Shown: piece by piece, positions 1 to 10,300 of the stretch
How the letters are laid out: every line of letters starts with the position of its first letter
Numbering within the stretch: the stretch's first letter is position 1
Source: an uncultured Pseudomonadota bacterium
Lineage (GTDB): Bacteria; Myxococcota_A; UBA796; SXON01
NCBI GenBank assembly: GCA_903959175.1
Contig: CAJBVW010000056.1
Coordinates: 42,478-106,477 of the forward strand
Length of the DNA: 64,000 nt
Direction of reading: 5' to 3'
Position numbers and translations under genes: made by a program
Notes under the pieces: model-generated
The model's database searches: none
What the model was told of the DNA's origin: nothing
What the model saw: the letters and a program-made list of their open reading frames with translations, nothing else

Positions 1-101
1 CACAGGTTCACGAGGATCCGAGAGTCATTCTGGGTCGTATTCGTGCTATCGAGAGCGACATTCTCGTCAGCCTCGACGAACTCGACGGGATGCTGCGATG
101 A
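1..101 (+). CDS. hsdM: Type I R-M methyltransferase subunit (HsdM-like); only the last 33 codons are present and the gene starts upstream of the window
   Basis: Frame 3 is open from the window edge (..QVHEDPRVILGRIRAIESDILVSLDELDGMLR*). Its TGA (99-101) overlaps the hsdS ATG (ATGA), the usual hsdM-hsdS junction. Identity is inferred mainly from position. Confidence 0.45.
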   Translation, partial: QVHEDPRVILGRIRAIESDILVSLDELDGMLR

Positions 102-1240
102 GTTTCGTCCGATCTCAGCTCGGCGCGACTCCCCCGGGGTGGCGAACTCTCTCGTTCGAAGAGGCATTCGAGGATGCCACCGGCGGCAACGCGAAGGTAC
201 AAACAAGCGAGTATCTAACTGCCGGATGCCTCCCGGTCATCGACCAGGGGCAATCCGAGATTGCCGGCTACGTAGACGGACCGGAGCTCGCCTGTAAGGC
301 AAAGCTGCCTTGTGTCATCTTCGGAGATCACACGCGCGCTCTGAAGTGGGTGAACACCCCATTCGTGCTCGGCGCGGATGGCGTCAAAGTGCTGGTCCCG
401 CGCGATGGTGTGGACCCGCGCTTCGCGTTTCACTACCTTCAGACGGTTCGGCTTCCGGAGGACTTGGGCTACAGCAGACACTTCAAGTACCTCAAGGAAA
501 TCGTCGTCCCTGCCCCCCCCCTCCCCGAGCAGCGCCGCATCGCCGCCATCCTCGACAAGGCCGACGCCATCCGCCGCAAGCGGCAGGAGGCCATCACGCT
601 GACCGATGAACTGCTGCGGTCGGCGTTCCTGGAGATGTTTGGGGATCCAGGCTCGAATCCGAGGGGGTGGCGGACGCCCACCATCGATGATTTCTGCGTG
701 ACGGGGAGCGGGGGAACGCCGTCAAGGACGAACCTGGACCGCTACTACGGGGGCTCAATCCCTTGGGTAAAATCCGGTGAACTGCGGGAGACGGTGATCC
801 TTTCCACAGAGGAGACCATTACAGAAGAGGCGATCCGCGAAAGCAGCGTCAAGTGGATTCCCAGCGGGGCACTGTTGGTGGCCATGTATGGAGCCACGGT
901 GGGAAGGATCGCGCAGCTGGGCATCAGGGCGACGAGCAATCAAGCCGTTTGCCACATCGTTCCCGACCCGACGGTAGCACACACCGACTTCATGTTTGTC
1001 GGACTTCAGGCTCAGGTTCCGGTGTGGCTTGGACAAGCCGTCGGCGGTGCCCAGCCCAACATCAGCCAAGGAATCATCAGGGCTACGACCATTCCGCTCC
1101 CGCCCCTGCGTGAACAGATGAAGTTCGTAGAATACGCAAAGAAGGCCCGCTTGCTCCTGAAGCATTTGAAGACGGCTGCGAACGAGGACGCTGCGCTGAG
1201 CGATTCTCTCACCCACCGCGCCTTCTCAGGGGAACTCTGA
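98..1240 (+). CDS. hsdS: Type I restriction-modification specificity subunit HsdS
   Basis: 380 aa. It has two target-recognition halves, each followed by the conserved HsdS helical spacer (..PAPPLPEQRRIAAILDKADAIRRKRQEAITLTDELLRSAFLEMFG.. and ..IPLPPLREQMKFVEYAKKARLLLKHLKTAANEDAALSDSLTHRAF). Confidence 0.9.
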   Translation: MSFVRSQLGATPPGWRTLSFEEAFEDATGGNAKVQTSEYLTAGCLPVIDQGQSEIAGYVDGPELACKAKLPCVIFGDHTRALKWVNTPFVLGADGVKVLVPRDGVDPRFAFHYLQTVRLPEDLGYSRHFKYLKEIVVPAPPLPEQRRIAAILDKADAIRRKRQEAITLTDELLRSAFLEMFGDPGSNPRGWRTPTIDDFCVTGSGGTPSRTNLDRYYGGSIPWVKSGELRETVILSTEETITEEAIRESSVKWIPSGALLVAMYGATVGRIAQLGIRATSNQAVCHIVPDPTVAHTDFMFVGLQAQVPVWLGQAVGGAQPNISQGIIRATTIPLPPLREQMKFVEYAKKARLLLKHLKTAANEDAALSDSLTHRAFSGEL

Positions 1241-1242
1241 TC

Positions 1243-2799
1243 ATGCTGCGCCGCATTGAACTGGAAAACTTCAAGGGCGTCGGTCCCCGGATCGACCTCG
1301 ACCTCAAGCCCGTCACGTTGCTGTTCGGCCCGAACAGCGCGGGCAAGAGCACGGTATTGCATGCCCTCCACCTCCTCCACGGGCTCCTGGAGCACGGCAG
1401 TCCAGACGTAGAGCACTCGCGGATCGGCGGGCGCGGGCTCGACCTGGGGGGCTTCCAGACCTTCGTGCACAACCGTGACACGAGCCGGCCCGTCCGGATC
1501 GCGCTGGAGTTCGACCCCGATGTTGGGGACGTGCTAAACGTCCTCGACGAGCCGATAGATACCGATGGCTACCCAGCGGTCGAGACCAGCCTGCACCTCG
1601 ACTACAGCGAGCATGTCCGGCACATCCGGGTCGAGATCGAGATCCGCTGGAGCGAGCTGGCCGAGGCGCCCATCGTGCTCCGCTACGCCTTGGGGATCGA
1701 CCATGAAACCCTGTGCGTCGTGGAGGCCACGGAGGATGGTGCGAGCACCTGGGTGACCGCGATCAACGGGGCGCATCCGTGCCTCGACACCGAGTCCGAC
1801 GAGCGCGGGCCAGAGGAGCAGGCCGATCACGAGGAGATGTTTAAACACCTCCGCCACATGCAGTTCCCCTGCCTGCCCGGACGTCGTTCGGCGCTCCCGT
1901 GGGGGAATCGTCTGCCGGGCTTCGACCTCGAGAGTTTCGGCGACGATCTCATGCAGCTCCGCGTCGGCCGCTTGCTCCAGGCCTCGGTAGCGCTGCTGAA
2001 GTTGTTGCTGGATCGGTTCCGGTACGTGGGGCCGATCCGGCAATGTCCGCCCAGGGCATACCAGCCCCCGCGCCGGCGGGACGAAGGCCGCTGGGCGGAC
2101 GGCCTGGGCGCCTGGGATGCCATGTCCGCGAACCCCACGCTTCGGGGGGAGGTCAGCGACTGGCTCCGCCTGCCGGAGCGGTGCGGCACCGGGTACCGCG
2201 TTGAGGAGTTCGAGTATCGAGAAGTTCCTAGCTATGCTTGGACTCATGTGTACGTCGCTTCGGCAATGGGTGAACTCGTCAAGACATTCCCAGACTTCGA
2301 TCGCGCGCCACGTAGGAGCCGCCTGGTGATGGTGGACGAGGCCAAGCAACTGGAACTCGCTCCATGTGAACTCGGCGAGGGCATCAGCCAGGTGGTCCCC
2401 GTGATTGCGGCGGCATTGGCGACCGAGAACGACGGCCCTGATGGCAAACGCATCGCCACCCGGCTGGTGGCCATCGAACAGCCGGAGCTGCACATCCACC
2501 CCCGCGTGCAGGTCGCGCTCGGCGACCTATTCCTCGCGAACATGGGCGAGCGTCAGTTCTTGCTGGAGACGCACAGCGAGCACCTCGTCCTGCGGATGCT
2601 CCGGCGCATCCGGGAGACGACCGAGGGCTCGCTTCCTCCCGAAGGGCAGCGGTGCACGGTGGATGACGTGGCGGTGCTGTACATCCACCAGCTGGAGGGG
2701 GCGGTCGCGGTGAAGAATCTCGGGATCTCGCCGGACGGGGACTTCCTTGAAGACTGGCCCGGAGGCTTCTTCGAGGAGCGCGCCAGGGAGATCTTCTAA
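1243..2799 (+). CDS. ABC/AAA_21-type ATPase with a DUF3696-like C-terminal tail
   Basis: 518 aa, starting 3 nt after the hsdS stop. Walker A FGPNSAGKST, signature-like LGEGISQ, Walker B RLVAIEQPELHIHP, H-loop LETHSEHL. The C-terminal ..DGDFLEDWPGGFFEERAREIF resembles the DUF3696 tail. Confidence 0.8.
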   Translation: MLRRIELENFKGVGPRIDLDLKPVTLLFGPNSAGKSTVLHALHLLHGLLEHGSPDVEHSRIGGRGLDLGGFQTFVHNRDTSRPVRIALEFDPDVGDVLNVLDEPIDTDGYPAVETSLHLDYSEHVRHIRVEIEIRWSELAEAPIVLRYALGIDHETLCVVEATEDGASTWVTAINGAHPCLDTESDERGPEEQADHEEMFKHLRHMQFPCLPGRRSALPWGNRLPGFDLESFGDDLMQLRVGRLLQASVALLKLLLDRFRYVGPIRQCPPRAYQPPRRRDEGRWADGLGAWDAMSANPTLRGEVSDWLRLPERCGTGYRVEEFEYREVPSYAWTHVYVASAMGELVKTFPDFDRAPRRSRLVMVDEAKQLELAPCELGEGISQVVPVIAAALATENDGPDGKRIATRLVAIEQPELHIHPRVQVALGDLFLANMGERQFLLETHSEHLVLRMLRRIRETTEGSLPPEGQRCTVDDVAVLYIHQLEGAVAVKNLGISPDGDFLEDWPGGFFEERAREIF

Positions 2800-2800
2800 G

Positions 2801-3706
2801 ATGCTCCGCGAGTACGCCGTCGAACCCAGACTCATCGCCGACTACGCCTCGGCCCGCTACTTCCTGGAGAAGTTCGGGTGCGACCGCGGACGGGTCCTGG
2901 CTCAGTTTCCGAAGAGTTGGCTGAGGATGGTCTACGACTCGCTCCGCTGCAAGCCGGTAGAAAAGGCCCGGGTTGAGGAGCTGCTGGCGCGGGTGAAGTC
3001 CACAGGACTGGCGAGAAGACCTGGTTCATCCTTCGACCCAAACCGCGGCTGGCTGGATCAGGCGGTGGAAGAGGATGCACGAGCGGCAAGCATGGCTTTC
3101 GAAGCGATCCTCGCTGACGGCGCGGAGAGACCACCGAAGGTGGTGAACGGCCACGTCTTCGACGAAACCGACCACCGCTGGGCGGTGGCCACCGACCGCA
3201 TCGTCGCCCGTACCGCGAAGGACATGGCCGACGCTATCCACCCGCTCCTCGACATCTCCACGCACGTGCGGTTCATCGATCCCTATTTCTATGGTGTCGG
3301 ACGGGATCGCACGCTGCCGATCCTGGAGTTCATCGCCCGGGCCACGTCGAACCCGCGGAGCCAACGCGCACCGCTGCTGGAGATCCATGCAGCGAACCCC
3401 AACGAGAGGTCTTCCGCGCTCGTCGAGGAGGCCCTTCGCCAGTTTTCGGCCAGACTTCCAGCCGATGTGTCCGTGACATTCACGCAGTGGGGGGAACGCC
3501 CAGGCGGCGACCAGTTCCACAACCGCTACGTGCTCACCGATGTCGGTGGGGTCGAGTTTGGCACCGGCCTTGACCAGAAGCCCGGGCAGGCCACGGACCG
3601 GGTCTCGCTGCTGTGGGAAGCGACGAGGAAGCTTCTCTGGGCGCGGTTCGACGCGACGAGCACGGCGTACGTGATGGACGGGCCCACGAGGGCGTTGAAG
3701 CGATGA
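2801..3706 (+). CDS. Hypothetical protein with a C-terminal PLD-fold-like (MIT_C-like) motif; putative effector partner of the ATPase
   Basis: Start taken at ATG 2801, 2 nt after the ATPase TAA; the track start at 2747 lies inside the ATPase gene. 301 aa. The C-terminal third reads VRFIDPYF..LLEIH..FHNRYVLTDVGGVEFGTGLD, which I interpret as a single H-x-(K/R)...D...GLD PLD-like motif. The N-terminal ~180 aa are unassigned. Confidence 0.55.
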   Translation: MLREYAVEPRLIADYASARYFLEKFGCDRGRVLAQFPKSWLRMVYDSLRCKPVEKARVEELLARVKSTGLARRPGSSFDPNRGWLDQAVEEDARAASMAFEAILADGAERPPKVVNGHVFDETDHRWAVATDRIVARTAKDMADAIHPLLDISTHVRFIDPYFYGVGRDRTLPILEFIARATSNPRSQRAPLLEIHAANPNERSSALVEEALRQFSARLPADVSVTFTQWGERPGGDQFHNRYVLTDVGGVEFGTGLDQKPGQATDRVSLLWEATRKLLWARFDATSTAYVMDGPTRALKR

Positions 3707-3860
3707 CCCGGCACCTTGGACGCGAAGACAGTCGCCCGACGCTGGGGATCGCGGAGGTGTCGTTGCCCCCGATCACCAGGACCAAGGGTCGCGGCGCCCG
3801 CAATCACATCAGCGACCGCCACCGAGCACATTCACCTTCCCCGTACGCGAGTTCCCAGAG

Positions 3861-5186
3861 ATGACCGCCCTTCCCCTCCCCATCATCTCCGCCTGGGATC
3901 CCCGCGCGACCTCGTCCGGGAGCCTCGACCCTCTCGGCGCTCTCCGCGCCTACACCGCCATCGCGACGACCCTCCTGCCGGGCGCGACAACGATCACCAC
4001 GCGGCCCCGGTACCTCTCGTGGGTCTGCGCGGGCCTCCGCCTTCTCGATGAGCTTCCGGATGCGCCCCGCGGGGGTCAGGCCGGGCGAGCGCGGCGTAAG
4101 CGAATCCTGCCCTGGGAGAGGCTCGTCGCGCTGGCCACGGGCTGGTACGCGAAGGCAGGAAAGGTGGGCATCGAGCACCCGTGCTGGCAGGCGCTGCGCG
4201 GGGTGAGCTACGTGCGTACCGCCGTCTCCGAGAAGAAGACCAGCTTCGACTTCGGGATGCTCAAAAACCAGGCAGGCGTCGGCGGGGTCGGCACCTACTG
4301 GGTCACGCTGGTCCAGGGCGGCCTCGTCGAGGACGCGTCTGCCCGCCTGACAGCCCGCGGCGAGGCGCTCGCCGACGCCTACCTGAGCACGAAGGGCACG
4401 CCACCGCCGGCGAAGCTGCTCGCGGCTCTGGCCGGCGTGAAGGGGGCGATGAGCGTCGAGGAGCTCACCGCGTGGGGCGCGGTTGGCAGCTTGGATGCCT
4501 CCGTCGCCGGAGGACCCGAGCGTCGCCACCTCCTCGATGCACTGCTCGAGTCGGAGACGCATCGTCGGATGGCGACGGCGCTGGGCGGGGCGCCGCGGGC
4601 GCACTCGCGGGACGACTGCTTCATGGAGCTGCAGGAGCGACTCGCTGCGAGCCACGACGAGCTCGCGGCGACGCTCGCGACCATCGTCGCCGTGACCCGT
4701 CCGTTCGAGGCGCTCCATGCGGCGCTGCTCGACCGTTTCGACCGGCTTCGGTCGGCGGACACGAACGGGCGCCCCGTTGCCAGCGATATCGCTGCGGGGC
4801 TGGCGGGCGCCCCCGGGGCGATCGGGGACCTTGCAGTGGCCCTGAGGGCGGCGCTGGACGAAAATCCAGGCTTACCGCGGGGGGTGGCGTCGCCGGTGCG
4901 CCAGTTCCTGGTCGCGGTGGAGCCTGTCTGTCAGGCGAAGGATGCACCCTCCCTGATGGTGGCGCTCTTGAAGCATCACGAGCGCGTGCAGAGCGGCAAG
5001 AGCGATCCTTCCCGACAGCCCAAGCTGCCATGGGTGGAGCTGCGACCGCGTGAAATCCTAGTTTCGCCCAGGTTTGCGCTCGACGCGCTCCCGGTGCCGC
5101 GCCCAGCTGGGGCGTTTACTCATCCCTATCGGGTGGAGCCCTTCGCCGGGATGCTCACCGAGCTCGACGGCTGGAGGACCGCTTGA
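3861..5186 (+). CDS. Hypothetical protein, 441 aa, no recognised family; first gene of a three-gene operon
   Basis: Long ORF with a protein-like, helical, Ala/Leu-rich composition. N-terminal motif WDPR..GSLDPLG..LLPGATTITTRPRYLSW. Its stop overlaps the next start (TTGA at 5183-5186). Confidence 0.7.
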   Translation: MTALPLPIISAWDPRATSSGSLDPLGALRAYTAIATTLLPGATTITTRPRYLSWVCAGLRLLDELPDAPRGGQAGRARRKRILPWERLVALATGWYAKAGKVGIEHPCWQALRGVSYVRTAVSEKKTSFDFGMLKNQAGVGGVGTYWVTLVQGGLVEDASARLTARGEALADAYLSTKGTPPPAKLLAALAGVKGAMSVEELTAWGAVGSLDASVAGGPERRHLLDALLESETHRRMATALGGAPRAHSRDDCFMELQERLAASHDELAATLATIVAVTRPFEALHAALLDRFDRLRSADTNGRPVASDIAAGLAGAPGAIGDLAVALRAALDENPGLPRGVASPVRQFLVAVEPVCQAKDAPSLMVALLKHHERVQSGKSDPSRQPKLPWVELRPREILVSPRFALDALPVPRPAGAFTHPYRVEPFAGMLTELDGWRTA

Positions 5187-7309
5187 AGCGCCTCCTGGAA
5201 CTCTGGGCGCCGCCCGCGGGCCACCGCCTCGCCAGCGTGATCGCCACCACGTACGAGTGCCAGGCGGATTTCGTCGAGGAGGAAATCCTCCCCGTCGCGC
5301 TCGACTTGAAGACGCCCCCCGCGCGTGGGCGTGACTTCCGCCTCGAGCTGGAGCGCGCACTCCAGGACGTCGAGGTCACGCTGTTCCTGCACCCGGACCG
5401 GTACACGCCCGGCCTGCGACGAAGCCCGCGAATCGACCTCGTGCCGCTCCCCGAGCGGCGGGTGGCGAAGCTGCACGCGAAGGTGTCTCTCCTCCGGTTC
5501 GTGCCAGACGGCACCGCGAACTACGAGAGCCAGATCGTTCGGCTCATCGTCGGCTCCGCGAACCTCACGAGCTCCGGCTACCGGAGCAACATCGAGGTCG
5601 CGATCGCGCTCGATGACGCGCCCGGTTCGGATGCGGTAGTGGCCACGGCGGTGCGGGACGCCGCTGCGTGGCTGTCGACCGCATTGGGCACCCTGCCGGA
5701 ACAGGCCACGCGCCAGCTGCGCGACATCGACGCGGTTTTCGCAGCCCGCCCGGGAACGGCCCGGCGCGACGGGCTTCGCTTTGTTGGGCTGCCCCGCCCC
5801 GGTGGGCTGATCGACGTGCTCCGCGAGGTCGCAACTGGTACCGCGCACACGCTGACCCTCGTGAGCCCATTCTGGCCGGCGGGCGACGAGCCGTCCGACG
5901 TCGTGACCTCGCTGGAACGCGCGGGCCGCGGAACCCCCAAGCGGGTTCGACTGGTTGGCGCTGCCAATGTGGATACCGAGGGGACCGTCCGACCGGTCAT
6001 GCCCGCAGCCTTCCTGTCCAGCTTCCTCGCCAAAGGGGTGGCTGTAGAGGTCGCTGCCGCCGATCCCGCGCACGGGTGCGCAGGTGAAGAGCCGGATGAC
6101 GACGACGAGTTCGGCGCCCTCGCTCCGAAGCGAGGTGTGCCGTTCGCGCACCGCGAACTGCACGCCAAGCTGCTCATCCTAGAGGGCGACGAGAGCGTGC
6201 GCCTCGCGATCGGCTCCTTCAACCTCACGCGGAAGGGCCTCGGGCTCCACGGCGGCGGCAACACTGAGGCAGGCCTCGTGTGGACCCTACCAGCCAGCCG
6301 CGCCGGCGCCCTCAACGAGCTGCTGAGCTACGCAACGACCTGGCGGAAGGTAACCGAATCGCCCGAGGCCTTCGTGGTGCCGCCACCACCGATGGATGGA
6401 GCGACGGGCGGCGGCTGGCCCGACTTCCTGCTCGCGGTGTCCGCGACGCGCGGGCTGTTGCGGCTCGATGGGGACGGCCGAACGTGGCCCGCAACCGTGA
6501 CCGTCCGAATGCGAGACATCCGGGGGCGGCTGGTCGGGGAGGAGCGATGGTTCGACGACTGGAGGGTGAGCGCGCTCGGCGAGGACACCTTCACCGCCGA
6601 GCTCCCATTGGTCGCGAGTTGGACATCCGCGCCGGAGATGAACCTGGGCGAGCGCTACCCCATGCTGCCGGATCTGGAGGTTCACCTGGCATGGGATGGC
6701 GGAGAGGCCATCGTTCCGGTCGTGTTCGACGAAAAGCACCTTTTCCCGGTGGCCGAGCGGGCCACCCGCGAGGACGAGCGTGCGCTGATTGACTGGTTCC
6801 TCGGACTCCGGCCCGAACTCGACTCCGACGCGGATGGCTTCGGCCACGGGATTGATCCGGTTGAAGGCGCCCCACCGGAGCGAGGCACCGGGAACGACAT
6901 CCTAAGCTACCTCGTGCGCGACTTCGTACACGCCCTCCCGGGCGTTCGGGCCGGCCTGACGGAGGCCTCGATGACCGAGACCGGCCTGCGCACGGCGCTT
7001 CTCGGTACCCGCTCGCCGGTCGCGCTGGCCAGGGAGATTGTGGAGGGGCTGCGGAAACCACGCCAAGGGACACCGAGAAAGACCGCTGTGGCGACCATCT
7101 TCGAGCTGGTCGAGCTCCTGCGGGTCGTGGAGGACGCGGTACTCCCCGAGCTTCCCGAAGGCGCCACACCAAGGATTCGCCTGGTAGCGGTGACCGAGAT
7201 CCGCTCGAAGCTGACCGAGGTCCTCACCAATCACCCCGCCGCCGCAACATCCCCCATGCTTCGGGGATTCCTTCTGACCTTCGGTGGAGGCATCCATGCG
7301 GCGACCTGA
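5183..7309 (+). CDS. Phospholipase D-family (double HKD) putative nuclease with a long unassigned C-terminal extension
   Basis: 708 aa. Two HKD-type motifs: RVAKLHAKVSLL..IVGSANLTSSGY and HRELHAKLLILEGDESVRLAIGSFNLTRKGL. About 340 aa after the second motif are unassigned. TTG start overlaps the upstream stop. Confidence 0.8.
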   Translation: MKRLLELWAPPAGHRLASVIATTYECQADFVEEEILPVALDLKTPPARGRDFRLELERALQDVEVTLFLHPDRYTPGLRRSPRIDLVPLPERRVAKLHAKVSLLRFVPDGTANYESQIVRLIVGSANLTSSGYRSNIEVAIALDDAPGSDAVVATAVRDAAAWLSTALGTLPEQATRQLRDIDAVFAARPGTARRDGLRFVGLPRPGGLIDVLREVATGTAHTLTLVSPFWPAGDEPSDVVTSLERAGRGTPKRVRLVGAANVDTEGTVRPVMPAAFLSSFLAKGVAVEVAAADPAHGCAGEEPDDDDEFGALAPKRGVPFAHRELHAKLLILEGDESVRLAIGSFNLTRKGLGLHGGGNTEAGLVWTLPASRAGALNELLSYATTWRKVTESPEAFVVPPPPMDGATGGGWPDFLLAVSATRGLLRLDGDGRTWPATVTVRMRDIRGRLVGEERWFDDWRVSALGEDTFTAELPLVASWTSAPEMNLGERYPMLPDLEVHLAWDGGEAIVPVVFDEKHLFPVAERATREDERALIDWFLGLRPELDSDADGFGHGIDPVEGAPPERGTGNDILSYLVRDFVHALPGVRAGLTEASMTETGLRTALLGTRSPVALAREIVEGLRKPRQGTPRKTAVATIFELVELLRVVEDAVLPELPEGATPRIRLVAVTEIRSKLTEVLTNHPAAATSPMLRGFLLTFGGGIHAAT

Positions 7310-10300
7310 CGGGCTCAACTACCGGGCCTCCCTCCGCGCCGCCCTGGGAGACGGCGACGAGGGGAGGGTCGCAGAGCTGGCGAACCGTCAAGAGCGGACG
7401 ATCGACGCCTTGCTGACGCGGATGTATGGGCCTGATGCGAGCCGGCGTGAGATCACCCTCCTGGCGGACGAGGTTGGGCTCGGAAAGACCTTCGTGGCCC
7501 TCGGGGTCGCCTGGTCAGTTCTCATGCAGCGTCAGGAGGCCGGACTCGCGGCGGGCCCCGTCCTTGTCGTAACGCCACACGCGCACGCGCTTTACAACAA
7601 GTGGGGGCGTGAGGCGGAGCGCTTCAACAGCCTGGTTGCCCCTCCGAACGGGGGCTTCGAGGTCGACTCGGTCCAGACCCCGCACGAGCTTGGCAATGCC
7701 TTGCGGGCGCGGAAACCCAAGCTGGTGATCGCGCGCATGCCCGCGTTGAGCGGCCGGTTGACCCACAGGAACACGTCGGACCTGGCGCTGCTCCACTGGC
7801 TCTTCCATCAACCGGGTTTCGAGCTCGATCTCGACGCGAGGGTGCGGCTGGTCTCAGCAAAGGAGAAGGAATTCCCACGTGAAGACCTGAATTTGAACCG
7901 CTCTGCCGCCGCGCTCGAGGCCGCGGAGGGGGCTTGGAGTCTGGGCTACACGGAGGCCCACATTGCCGGGGCGTGGGCGCGGCTGCTCCTCACTGACAAG
8001 TGGCTCCGCGGACGGATCGCTGAAGCCTTCAAGATCGCACGAGAAGGGGGAACGGCGAAAGGCTCCCTGTGGGACGATCTGCGCGAGTTCGGTCGAAGCG
8101 CCCTTGGCCAGCGGATCCCGCATCCCTTGCCGCTGGTCATCGTCGACGAGATCCACAACTGGAAGAACTCCCCGCAGAGCTGGTGGCGTTTCCAGCACAT
8201 GCTCGGCGGGCGGATCGAGCGGCTCCTCGGCCTCTCCGCCACGCCGTTTCAACTCGGCCCGCACGAACTGATGAGCGTCCTGGGGCTCCGCCGATGCCTA
8301 TCGATGTCTAAGGAACGAGCGAGTTTTCTTGATGCAAGAGTCATCGAGCTTCAAGGAGCCTTGGAGACCGCGGGCACGACGGGCGCGCGGCTGCGCGATG
8401 CCTGGGATCAGGTCGCTCCCGTCGACGAGCCGGCGATCGCAGCCGCCTGGGTCCAGGAAGGAGACGGACCGGCCCTCCCGCCGCGCCTCGAAGAGGCGAT
8501 CGCGGCTGCCCGGGCCGTGCGAACGGCTCATCGCTCGCTGATGGGCAGCCTGCGTGCCTTCCTGGTGCGCCACCGCCGCGAGCTGTCCCATCGTGCGTGG
8601 TGGGTGGGGCGAGAGTCGGCGCCGGAGCAGTCCGCCCCCAGCGCCTTGGGCGGCGCCTTCTGCTGGCGACCGGGCCTCGATGTCACAGGGGACGCCGAGC
8701 TCGTGCATTACCTCATGATGCGAGCCGTACAGGAGGACACGGGTGGTCGAGGTAGCACGACCATCGGGGCCGACCTCGGCGGCTCCTACGACTACTTCCG
8801 CGAGTCCGTGCTGACGGATCTCATGCCGGGGCGCACTCCCGCAGCATCGGCGTACGTGCGGCTGGTTGATCAGGCCACCAGAGGCAAGAATGGCCATGAG
8901 CACCCCAAGGTGGCAGTCACGGCCGACCGGACCTTCCGGGCCTGGCTACGCGGAGAAAAGACCCTCGTCTTCTGCTTCAACGTCAAGACGACCGAGGCCG
9001 TGCTCAACGCGATTCGGGCGAGGATCGAGTCCCATGAAAACGAGGTCCTGAGCCGGGCGTTGGATTGCACCCCGGATGCCGTGGCTCAGCGCCTCAAGAA
9101 CCTCCAGAGCCGTCTCTACAACTACCGGCAGGCACCGTTCCTGCTCTTCCAGGACCACCCGCTCGCGGGACCGACGGGACGGGTCCCCGACCGACTCCGG
9201 CTCACCGCCGCGTGTCTCCAGGACATCGCTCTCCGACTCGCACAGGTTGGGCCGCCGGAGGAGCGGGGTCGCTTCGATCGGCGGCGTGTACTCGCCGTCG
9301 TGGAGCGGCACCTCGCGACGCGCTGGCGGACCTCGTCGGAAGGCTTGGCGTGGCTGGGCCGCGTCGCGAGGGACTTGCGGATCGGGGTGGATGCTTCGGT
9401 CCTGTCCGATCCGGCGCAACTCCAAGTAGGCGTCGACGCGGCGTGGTTGGCGGACGCGCTGGCGGGGGGCGACTGGCCCGTACGGAGGCGGCGGGAGATC
9501 GAGGGGCTTCGTGGCCAGGAGCCGGAGCCACTGCCGGAGGATGCCGAGGTAGCGGACAGCGGTGACGCCGCCCACCCGGCGGATGTGCAGGCGTGGCGGG
9601 CGCTGCTCGACGGTCGGCCTGGCCGGGCCGTCCTTGCGCCGTACATCGACAACGAGCGCCTTCCCAGCCTGCTGTCTGCATTCCACTCGGAGTCGATGGC
9701 CAGGCTCCCGGCCGCACTGCGGGCGATCGCCGCCCGGATGCTTCGGCGAATGGTCCGATCCTCGGGGTTCATGGTGCGCTTCCTGCTGGATAATGCGTCG
9801 GATCGACCTGCGCTGGAGGAGGAGGGGGACGAGGCGGACGGCACCTGGACGCGCGTGCTGCATGAACGGTGGTCGGCCGCGCCGGCGGGCGGAGAGTCCG
9901 CCCGCGATCGCTTCGAGGCCTACCTCGAAGGGCTCCGGAAGGCGGCCGGTCTCGGCCTTCAGATCCAGGCCTTCGACGAGGCGACCCGGAATCTCCAGAC
10001 CGCGGCGCGGGTAACGGGCGCGGTCGCCAGCATCGAGCGGGACCGCCAGTTCACTGGGTTCAACACGCCGTTGATGCCCGAGGTGCTGGTCGTCACCACA
10101 GTCGGCCAGGAAGGCATCGACCTTCACCGCGAGTGCCGCCATGTGATCCACCATGATCTACCTTGGAACCCGGCGACGCTCGAGCAGCGGACTGGCCGTG
10201 TGGACCGCATCGCAAGCAAGGCCGAGCGCCTTCAGCGCCAGGGGGCCAACTCCCTCGACGTGGTGGTGCCGTACATCGCGGGCACCTACGACGAGCACCG

